NCBI GenBank assembly: GCA_020137815.1
Contig: CM035353.1
Span: 8,680,001-8,744,000, forward strand
Length of the DNA stretch: 64,000 nt
Direction: 5' to 3'
From: Hormiphora californensis
Taxonomy: Eukaryota > Animalia > Ctenophora
Shown here: in pieces, positions 49,508-61,800 of the stretch
Numbering within the stretch: the stretch's first letter is position 1
Layout: each line of letters starts with the position of its first letter
Notes under the pieces: generated by a model
What the model was told of the DNA's origin: nothing
Databases searched by the model: none
What the model saw: only the letters and a program-made list of their open reading frames with translations
Position numbers and translations under genes: made by a program

Positions 49508-51350
49508 TTTACTGGTACATCTCTCGAGGTGTCCTTTATCCAATTTCACCGTTTTTGAAATTTTTGGCTAATTCGGTCACAGTTGTCCCAATTCACCAAA
49601 AATGTTAAAAACGGTGAAATTGACTCGGTATGGAAAAAGGACAGCTTGAGATATGTACCAGTAATTAAGTTAGCATCTTACAAATGATTTCTCAGCCGAA
49701 AATGGGTATTCGCGAAACTTCGAACTTTTCCGCGAAACTTCGAACTTCAGTGTGTGTCGCGAGGTTGAGATTTGAACGAACTTCAGTGTGTCTCCCCCCC
49801 CCCCCCACAATGGCACAGTAACAAGTTTGTGTGAGCCATGGGGTTCAGGTATCAGGTTTTGTATCAGTCGGTTCAATAAGCACTGGAGCGTATAATCTGA
49901 TCCCCACCTGATCTGTACCAGCTTGGTATCCTTTGTGCTGTAGTGTTTGTATCTCCCAACTTTGTGTGCAGTGTGACCAGTGGTGCAGCAGGTGACAGTA
50001 CTTTTTACTAATTGGAGAGACCACTCCTGTAGTTCTACTCAGCAACTGTTTTTGGCCGATGAGATTTTTGAGATTTTTGGGAAAATTTGCTCAATTATGT
50101 TTGAGATTTTTGTGGTAAATTGGCACAATTTTAGATGCCAATACTCAGTCTTTCTTCATTATATTTAGCTTAAAACCAGACAATACTATGTATTAATTTA
50201 GTAACTTAATTAGGTCAATGTTGTATTTTAGCTTCTTATTAACCTTTGTATTAGAACACAAGGAAAGTTTCTATTCAGAATTTTGATTTTTTGTGAAAAA
50301 CACAAGGATTGTTTCTATCCCAAATTTTAGGATGAAAATTGTACCTTTCTATGAGATTTTTGAGAAAAATTTGCGATTTTCCCCGGAAAAATCGCAGATT
50401 TGCCTCAAACATCTCATTAATCTTACGCTTTTTGGCCGAAAATCGAAAATCTCTTTACAATTACATCTCAAATATAATGGATATAACAGTCGGACCCGAT
50501 TTACCGGAACCCTTATTTAGCGGGCAAAACCATTTCCCCGAGCATCCCGGTAAATCGGGGTCCGACTGTATTATATGGTTTACTACATCAGAAGCCATAA
50601 TGTTCTGTGTTTATCCTACAACCCAGCTTCAGTGTGTGGGATGTTGTACATGCAGTGTTCGCATGCAAAATACACATTCTCCCTTGAGTTGATCCGTTAT
50701 ACGGAGATTTCACTTCCTCTTTCCTTTTCTTTTATATACTGTTACAGTAGAGGCTACAAATATAGTTATCCCTTCGTCCTTTTATTTCATGCACTTGCAG
50801 TTGCCGTTCTGACGAGTTTTTCACTATGATCACACATCAGGAAGACACAATATCACCTCTTCAAGGACTGTGCCTCGGTAAAGCGACACCACAGTACAGT
50901 CCTGACTACCAGTGTGGTAGTAGCTGGTGAAATATAGACTATCTATCAAATTTCTTACACTCCCCTCTCTCAGTAGACTACCACAGCTTATATATAATAA
51001 TCATATATATCGGCTCTAGGGAATGTCTTTAGTCGATAGCTCTCTTGGTTTATTCCTATCCCCCTGCCCGCTCTCTTGGGGTTTATCACTTCCAGTTAAT
51101 ATTATATGTCTACCTTTCTACAGAGTCTCACCCCCCGCCACTATTATACAGCCCCGGGGCCTATGATCCCCAATCGTTATATATTTGCCCGGAGCTCATT
51201 CAATTATCACTCCATCTGGTGTTAGGTGGTGGTAACCATGTGTGTGTGTTCCTCCTCTCAAAGGTGTTATGACTAGTTGAGTAACTCAACAAGTTATATG
51301 ACTCTATTTAATATGGGCCGGCTATCATTTTAGATGAAATTTATACTCTT

Positions 51351-51489
<139 letters not shown>

Positions 51490-51846
51490 CGATTTACCGG
51501 AACCCCGATTTACCGGGAGGATAAACTTCCCCCGATATAAGAAATTGACGATATTTTGCCCCGATATACCGGGCACCCCGATTTACCGGGCAAACCCCTT
51601 TCCCCCGAGCATCCCGGTAAATCGGGGTCCGACTGTAATATGCATGTATGAATAATTCAAATCCGGGTCCGACTGTATCAAAAGCTTACCAATTACTGAC
51701 GCTATACTAGTCACTATTTGTTGAGATAACTCACTGTCAGTTTGATAACCCAGCTTCCCTCCACCAAAATGTGATTTAAAACGTGTGTACCACATTTCAC
51801 AGTCATCCCTTTCCTGATTCCATGATTCCTTCTCTTTCTCCATCTT

Positions 51847-51918
<72 letters not shown>

Positions 51919-52427
51919 TCTGATGATCTTAGTGTAATGTATTCAATGACACTGTTCATGACATTTTTGACATATCTCCTCTGTTTAACTACAGGACATC
52001 TCATTTATTCACTGGTATGCTATGTTCCCACTGCAAGACACTACAAAAACTGTATTGTACTAATTAATTATACATTTTGTTGCCGGATTTTTGGGTCGGT
52101 GCCCCAACTCCCAAGTCTAATTAACATTGTAGTTCAAATACAAATTGTATTACAATGACATAATTAGCATTACCTAATTAATTTTTTTAATTGTTAATTC
52201 TATCAAAATTACAGTGATAGAAATGATAAATTTGTTACCCCACCCTTGATGTATAATAGATACGTCCGTGTATAGCAGTTGAAAGTTACGTGAAGAGAGA
52301 GAGAGAGGGGTGGCGATACAAGAGCTACAAATTGTAATCCGGCTGGGTGAAATTGGGTGAAAAGTAGTCGGCTGTTGTCTTTAATCCGTTTTATTTTCTG
52401 TTGTATCTTCTCTCAGTTTCTGTCGGA

Positions 52428-52593
<166 letters not shown>

Positions 52594-52942
52594 CTGTATG
52601 TATATCTCTCCTTTATGTCTCTCTTTGTCCTCACACCATGGCTGCTATACACCGCGGTTTCTGGTCTAACAATATTTTAATTGTAACTTTGGTCTAGCTC
52701 AAGCTGTCTGCTGTGTAATGTGTACCCAGGCACCATAAAGCTGTCATATCTCTCTTTTGTTTAACTGACATGACATCATATCTCTCTTAATTAAATTGCA
52801 TCGTGAGATGAGGTGGGATTGATGTTGAGCTAGGCACTAATTAATACCATAAGGATGGCATCTAAAATATCCCTCCTGTTGGTTCTAAACTTGGACTCCA
52901 AGTTTGGATATTTTAGATGCCATTGGGTTCATAGCTTGATAG

Positions 52943-53275
52943 GGGGGGGTGACACGTAACACTTTGTAACACTTTGTAACATGTAACGTGCACAAAATAT
53001 TTTCTGCACATGTTACAAAGTGTTACAAGCGTTACAAAGTGTTACAAAGTGTTACAAAGTGTTACAAAATGTTGCAAAATGTTGCAAAATGTTGCAAAAA
53101 ATGCCCATTTTGTAACATTTTGTAACACTTTGTAACATTTTGTAACACTTTGTAACATTTTGTAACACTTTGTAACACTTTGTAACACTTTGTAACACTT
53201 TGTAACATGTAACGTGCACAAAAAGTTTTCTGCACATGTTACAAAGTGTTACAAAGTGTTACGTGTCACCCCCCC
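52943..53275. mobile_element. Short copy of the 32649-33741 foldback family
   Basis: Same termini and 10-bp arrays. TSD cttgatag at 52935-52942 and 53276-53283. Confidence 0.82.
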
Positions 53276-54028
53276 CTTGATAGCTTCATCAGTGTAATAC
53301 ATACCAAACCACTTTTATCACGTCTTGTTTTGTCAGGCGACTCAACTATATATCAGCAGCTTCCCAAGTGTATCTAGATTCTATACTATATATGACTATG
53401 TGATATGTGTACTATAAGTGGAAACTAGAAAGTCCCAATGTATCTAAATTCTAGCTGGTGTACTATAAGTAGAAAGTAAGATTTGACCAGCTGTTCCACA
53501 AACTGAATTATTGTCGGGAATAATAGACCCTCTGGGAAACATTTGAGGGAGACTACTAGAATTGGATTGAGTGTGTGAGAAATGATTCGATAAGATTGGC
53601 CTTGCAAAGTCAAATGCTCCAGCTGATTGTCCTCTTTTTTTGAGCAGGCTAATGGTTTGGTATGATGGCTCTATGATGATCGTATCTGTGTCATTTGTAG
53701 TGGAGATTCCGTATTTGAAATACGGTAAGAAGATCAGGATCAAGAAGTTTCTTCCGGCTGAATGATAGACAAATTTTGGACTTTTACGAGAACGATCTCA
53801 GTCGCACGCGACGTCGATCTCACACAGGTGTCCATGTCACCAACGGCTACGTGAGGCCGTACGCGATGTACATCGTGTACGGCCTCACGTAGCCGTTGGT
53901 GACATGTACAGTGCCTGACAACAAAATCAAAATGGGGGATGTTCTCTCTCGTATTAATTTTCAAGTACAAGATTAATCAGCCACGTTTTCAGTATTCATT
54001 GACGAGTTTACAAAATAAGATCCCTGCT

Positions 54029-54101
<73 letters not shown>

Positions 54102-54810
54102 ATTTTACCGGACTACCCCAGCAGTTTCCCCCAATCTGGCTGAAGTTATATCAGGTTTCATGTCCCCATATTATCACCTTGTTATCAGCCCTCTCTCATT
54201 GCCCTCTTGTAGATCATGGAGCCCTCCCCTCCCCCCGTGGTACTTGGTTGGCGGACCCTTCTGTTACCACTTGAATCATAGCTTGCACAATACATCCCTC
54301 CATCTGCCGACCCTCACTAAATAATCAATGTGTGCTACACAATACATATATATCCCTCCTTTTGGTGACACTCTGTCAGAAAAACTAATGTTACATATTT
54401 GGTGTTAACTGTTATTCTAAAAAGAATTGAGGAGACTTTTACATAGTTTTTCGGGCTTTTACAGGTTCCCAGGAGCGTCCTAGAAAGTATGAATTGAACT
54501 ATCTGTCCTGGGACTCCCGGCGTCATTCTGTTTGGGTAACTTTTGGATAACGCGATACAGTTTTTTCCGGTTTTCATCCTAAATTTGGAATTTGAGTACT
54601 AAAAAAACATTCTGACCCGATAAGAGAGAACAGTGCGGCCAGTGACCGTGTTTCATCAAAATATATATTCCATGCTGTTTTTTTCCCCGCAACTTCTCCG
54701 TGCCCCTGGTATCACCGGGGCTGAGTGTTCTGTGTTCAGAGCCCTTGTGAGACTAAGAACTTCCGATGCCGCTTGCTTGCCCCCGATGTATTCCATGCTG
54801 TTCACTCTCT

Positions 54811-54890
<80 letters not shown>

Positions 54891-55655
54891 TCTCCCTCTA
54901 TACATTTTACCATAACCACGTCTAGATGAGAAATAATGGGGAGTCGAACACTATTATGTACTACTATAACTACTAGTATTTCAAAAATGGAGGTTAAAAT
55001 ATTTCTCCAAATGTAGCCTTTTTACGAATCGCCAGTACATTCAGCTCAAAAATGGCTGAGAGCTGGGCCTTGAAACTTGACAGGCACTATATACTGCAAG
55101 TTTAACTGTCTGTGATTGGCCAAAAAAGATTGGGTGCTCGTAGTATACAGAGGTCATATAGTAGAGGTCAGTTAAATGGCTGCAGAGATGATATCTGTCA
55201 AACTCCACCTGCCAGACTAAGGCTGTGGATTACGGCCGGATCCCTGATAGAACTACCAGATAATCTAGCCAGATAATTCCATCTACACATTACGAACTGT
55301 GTGATATCTACACACATCGTGTGTGATCAGTAGAAAACAAGGCCTATTCTCTAAAAAAAAGCACACAATTCATTATGCGAAGATGCAATTACCTGGCTCA
55401 ATAATCTAGGGCTCTTTCCTGCCGTGTTATCCCGTCTGACCTGCTTCTATGATTGGGCAATAGGGGTCAGGCAATGCCTGACAGGGTTCACATGATGGGG
55501 TGGGGGTGACAGTATAGGAATGATGATCTAAAATAGATAGGAGCCCATGATCGGAAATCGGATAGAAGAGATATTTTGGGGGATGTGACTTAAGACAATG
55601 TGAGTTAGTAAGAGAGACAGGTAGAGAGATATAAAAAGAGATAAATAGAGAGAGG

Positions 55656-55707
<52 letters not shown>

Positions 55708-56081
55708 GCCACACATGGTCCAGTTAACAGGAGATCTTAAGTGTACCAGTGGTGCACAGCTGCACGACCACTCACTAGTGTCGGGTCATTAAAATATTTG
55801 ACCGTCCTCTCAGTCCTTGATCCCTCTATCTCTCTCCCTCTCTATCTTTCACTCAATTTCTCTTTCTCAATTTCTTACTTCCAATTCCGTACTTCCTTAC
55901 TTTGAATTTTAGTTTTTCCTCTCGCCCCTTCATCAGACCATCCCCTCTCGTGACATATATACTCCATGATTTTTGATAAAATTATGTTTTCTTTTGTAAC
56001 ACAATGTAACATATTGCAGGAGACAATTGAAAAATTATTAGGAAATAAAAAGATATATGCGTTCATTCTCTCCCCCCCCCT

Positions 56082-56245
<164 letters not shown>

Positions 56246-56268
56246 CTCTCTCTCTCTCTCTCTCTCTT

Positions 56269-56338
<70 letters not shown>

Positions 56339-56660
56339 TCTTTCCCTCGCTGTCCATCTGGATCTCAATCGAATCACATCAAAAAAGTGAGGTTCATAGA
56401 TAGTACATATTGGTATAGAATGTGTTTATCTCCGCAACTTGTACACCACTTTTATTATAACAGGGGCCTGACTTTTGTTCTAGATCCATTGTTCATGCCA
56501 TGCTGTCTGGCCAATTTAGATTTTTGTCCTTTATTTCTACAATTAAGCTACGTTTTTATCGCGTTTCTATACATTATATTATCTTCATTTTAATAATATC
56601 TAGTATCTCTCTCTCTCTCTCTCTCTCTCCCTCTCTCTCTCTCTCGCTCTCTCTCTCTCT

Positions 56661-57280
56661 GGGGGGAGACACACTGAAGTTGAGCGCACTCGTTCAAATC
56701 TCAACCTCGCGACACACACTGAAGTTCGAAGTTCGAAGTTTTGCGAAAACCCATTTTCGGCTTACAGTGCTGCTTGTAGTCGTATTACCGTAATGGAAAT
56801 TCAGTAAGGAGACACGCACGTTGCATAATGCGCGGCAAAAGTGCATGTGTTCAGCACGTACTAGCGCCCTGATTGGTCACGGTTGCGCGTCGTCTTACTG
56901 TATCTCCGTTTTCCATTACCGTTTTCCCACTACAAGCGACCGTGTTAGAAACCATTTGTAAGAGGCTAACTTATTTACTGATACATCTCTCGAGGTGTCC
57001 TTAATCCATACCGAGTCAATTTCGCCGTTTTTAAATTTTTTGGCTAATTCGGTCACAGTTGTCCCAATTCACCAAAAATTTTAAAAACTGTGAAATTGAC
57101 TCGGTATGAATAAAGGACACCTCGATAGATGTAACAGTAATAAATAAGTTAGCCTCATACAAATGATTTCTCAGCCGAAAATGGGTTTTCGCGAAACTTC
57201 GAACTTCGAACTTCAGTGTGACTGTGTGTCGCGAGGTTGAGATTTGAACGAGCACGCCCAACTTCAGTGTGTCTCCCGCC
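56661..57280. mobile_element. MITE with ggggagacacactgaag TIRs (family also at 37330-37460 and 49505-49806)
   Basis: Inverted repeats of about 100 bp containing gttcaaatctcaacctcgcgacacacactgaag. A second small element is nested at about 56763-56946. Confidence 0.7.
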
Positions 57281-58124
57281 TCTCCCAGCACTCTTGCTCT
57301 CTCTGTCTTTTCTCTATGATAACTATCTCTTTCCATGTCTGTCTCTCTCCCTTTTCTCTCCGTCTGTCCATGTCGTGCAGCCGTTCTGAAATGTTTGCTC
57401 ATTGTTCAAAGATCAGATACACTCTCTGACACGTGAACCAACTTTGATTTTCTTTTGTATTCCCCAGAACAAATCTATACAAAAGACTTATTAGCGCTTT
57501 CTCGAGTTGTTCTATTTTTTTAAATGTTTTACTGTTATAGTCGGACCCTGATTCACATTGGTAGTACCCACCTGTTAATTTCTGATCGAGCACAGTAACG
57601 ATTAGATTTACCGGGCTACCCGAGGGAATTTTGGTAAAGTGGGGTGCAATATCGGTGGGGGGGGGGTGGGGCCGGGGGGGGGGGGGTTCATTCATCTGGT
57701 AGATCGAGGTGAAACTATTCTTCGTTATTTATTTTATACATCAAGAATTGTAAATAGAAGTACTGGGAACTATAAAAAAGGCCCAGTAACCCGGTAAGCT
57801 TGCATCACTATATTAATATAATGATACAACTGCGATTATCTAGGTTGTGAATATATATATCAATGTATTGTGAGGTTGTATCCATGTGTATTGTAATATT
57901 TTGACATGCTGAAAGAATAAGATGTGCTACGTCAATGAACATCATCTCACTCTCCCAGGACCTCTTTCCATCACTCATTCATTTTCTTCTCCTTCATATC
58001 CATTATCCAATATCACTCCCTGTAAATCTAGCTCTTTCCTCGCTCTCCGTCTCTATCTATCTATCTAGCCATCTATCGCGGTATTTTAGGGGTAAAGCTT
58101 CTCTCTGCCAGTTTTTCTCTCTGC

Positions 58125-58186
<62 letters not shown>

Positions 58187-58212
58187 GTCTTTCACTCTCT
58201 CTCACTCTCTCT

Positions 58213-58258
<46 letters not shown>

Positions 58259-58329
58259 TCTATCTCTCACTCTCTCTCTCTCTACTCTACTCTCCCTCAA
58301 ACAGCTGGCTGGGGTTGCTTTTAGTTTAA

Positions 58330-58620
58330 AGTAAGAGTGGCGTGCCGTGTTTTCTCACAAAACTTAGTGGATGAACGGGGAGTACCACCAGGTACGGTAT
58401 CGAAAATTTCCAATTCTGTCTCGTTTATTAGTTATGACGTAATATGTTCATTATTTCAACTTTTAGAGCAATTTTATAAAAGTTTAAATAATGAACATAT
58501 TACGTCATAACTAATGCAAATGAACGAGACAGAATTGGAAATTTTCGATACCGTACCAATGGTGGTACTCCCCGTTCATCCACTAAGTTTTGTGAGAAAA
58601 CACGGTGTGCCACTCTTACT
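58330..58620. mobile_element. TTAA-flanked palindromic MITE about 220 bp upstream of the GPCR ATG
   Basis: ttaa|agtaagagtggc...gccactcttact|ttaa, almost fully self-complementary. The terminus resembles that of 1220-1589. Confidence 0.8.
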
Positions 58621-58841
58621 TTAATAAATTTAATATTTGTTATGTTCTAACCCTCCCTTTACATTTCGGTGCCCGAAACACAGTCTAGCCAGGCAATTTG
58701 ATATAATGACCCAAATAAATATTTTTGTCGAGCTATTTACAGTATTGCGTGTTAAAGATTAATTATAAAATGTATGATTATGACAATAACCTGAACAACC
58801 CAAAAGCTCGGTGATCACTGATCAGTGATCAGTACACCGGC

Positions 58842-61800
58842 ATGAACCATTTGATGACATCACCCGAGGATACCACTGTTACCATGGTTACCATGGTGTT
58901 CATGATTCTCGTGGCTGTCATGACCGTCCTATGTATCATTCTCAACACCATAGGTGAGAGAGCAATAAATGCGTGGTTAAGGGTAAGTTTCCTAATATAC
59001 AGTCGGACCCCTATTCAGTGGCCCCGATTTAGTGATACCCCGATTTAGTGGCAGGATTTTTCCCCCGATATAGGAAATTTACAGCATTTGACCCCGATTT
59101 AGTGGACACCCCGATTTAGTGGACAAAACACTTTCCCCCGAGGATGCCACTAAATCGGGGTCCGACTGTATATGATAAACAATCCCCAGGAATATATGCG
59201 TTTTTCAAGTTGCCCAGGACCCCTGCTAATCTGGTTTACCTCCACCTGTGTATCACTGATCTAATAGTTGGTATATTCGTCACCCCATACAGTATCGTCC
59301 TTCTCAGAAATGTGAGTATCATACATGGGACCCCCCCCCCAACGGTGTGGTTCGAGAAGATAATATCATACCATTATAATCAAATAGGGTACAATTGGGG
59401 GATGTTCAGAACACATAATGACATCATATTATAGTCAAACAGGGGACCTTTGTTCCGTCAAGTCATGAGCCAAATTAAAGCTCCTCCCCCACTGTATGGT
59501 AACCAGATGGGGGTATATGACTTGTGATATATACAATGTGCTACAATAATAGTTTGACATTTTTAATGGGGACTGGGGAGAGAGAAACACAAGAATGGGC
59601 AATGCTCTCTATAGCTAGCAGCACCTGTGTACCCCGGACCCCCCCCCCCCCCCCCCCCCCCCGGGCAGGTGAGTAGAACTTCGCTCCTAATAAAAGGCTG
59701 CAATAAAAGGCTGCAGAAAAAGGCTGCAATAAAAGGCTGCAGAAAAAGGCTGCAATAAAAGGCTGCATTAAAAGGCTGCAATAAAAGGCTGCAATAAAAG
59801 GCTGCAATGGATCACATATCCAACTGGACTAAAGCACTAAAGCAGGAGATAGACCGAATCGTCCTCCCCTAATAGTGTTTTGTTTCACGTATCGGTTTCT
59901 ACCATAAGCGGTAGAGAGACCGAATCACCCGTCCCTAATTATAGTGATTCGTGCCTGGTATCCAACTAAACCATAGGCGGTAGATAGACGGAGATAGAGA
60001 GTTAGAGAGGTGAGAGTGAGAGATCCGAATCATGGACGACTAATCAAGTATTGTATCACGTTTCATGATATCCTCTAATTAATTAAATGAAAGGCGGTTA
60101 CCTATAATTTGACCTAATCGGTGCCAATACGTGATTACTGATTTTCTACCGTTATTCGCCAATAGTCTTTATGTACACAATTCAGTAGAGCGGAATCACA
60201 CATAATACTATGATAGGTGAACCAAGTGGTTGGGTGGTTCACCTGTGATTGTGCTACACGCTCAATCAATAGATCTACCCTACCTCATTAGACCAACACT
60301 CTCAGTAGTTACTGACTACCTCTACTGAATCGTGGATCGATACGGAAAGACTAATGGAGAATACATAGCGGTAGAGAATCACGTATCGGGACCGATGAGG
60401 TCTCATTGTCAATTGGTAACCGCTTTTCATTAGAGTATACCATGGTACGTGATACCATACCGTGATTCTGATTTTTCACACTCACTTCTCACTCGTACTC
60501 GCTCTCTATCTCGGTCTCTCTCTATTGCCTATGGTCTAGTTGGAAACGTGGCACGAATCACTATAATTAGGGGAGGGTGATTCGGTCTCACTACAGCCAA
60601 TACGTGATACGAAACACTATTAGGGGAGGACGATTCGGTCTATCCCCCGCTTTAGTCTGGTTGGATACGTGATCCCTTGCAGCCTTTTATTGCAGCCTTT
60701 TATTGCAGCCTTTTATTGCAGCCTTTTTCTGCAGCCTTTTATTGCAGCCTTTTATTGCAGCCTTTTTATGCAGCCTTTTATTGCAGCCTTTTATTAGGAG
60801 CGAAGTTCTACTCACCTGCCCCCCCCCCGGCCCACAAAACCCCCATTTATCACAGGATCTGCAGAGTTATAGTGCGGCACTGTGTACAATGCAGGGGATA
60901 ATGTTTGAGATCAGCTACACAACCACTCTCTTTATACTTACCTACATCAGTGTGGACCGGCTTATTGCCTTGTACAAGTATGCAATTATAGAACACATTA
61001 TATATCGACTAATATTATCTGTCTGGCGTCGCCACACGTTTTGATAGTACCCTGAGATCAGGTCGGCGCCACCAGACAGTGTATTGAAATAGACACGTTG
61101 GTGAACAATATATCTAACAGTACCGCTTGTAGTGGAGATACCTTATTTGAAATACGTTTAAGGTTGACAAGATACCTAAAACTTTTCGTTAATCGTATTT
61201 TTTCGATTTATCAGGAGCATTTTTTCAGATTTTTTGTCGTGTAGAAAAATATTCGAAACAGGGCGCTTTCCAGCGCCGCGCCCCAATTCTTTATAACTTT
61301 GGCTGCTGAAAAATTATAGCGCGGCTGAAATCTACCCTGGAATATACTTTTTCAGCAGCCAAAGTTATAAAGAATTGGGGAGCGGCGCTGGAAGGCGCCC
61401 TGTTTCGAATATTTTTCTACACGACAAAAAAATCTGAAAAAATGCTTAAAAATAAAACTCCTAATAAATCGAAAAAATACGATTGAAGAAAAGTTTTAGG
61501 TATCTTGTCAACCTTTAAGAAATCGCAAACTTTGCGTAACGTGTGAGTGCTTTTGTCAAAAAGTGCATTTGTTCAGCACGTGATTGGCCACACGCCGCTT
61601 GCACGTCTTCTTACCGTATTTCAGACCAAAAAGGTTTTTCATTACCGTTTCCCATAACAAGCATAGCAGTAAATGCCAATTGTATTTACAGGCCGTTAAA
61701 ATATAAGAAAGTTATGTCAGCGAGGGTACTGTTTTGGATTAACATTGCTACATGGATCTTCCCTATTGTTCGGCCTATTGCCCGCTATACCATCAACTAC

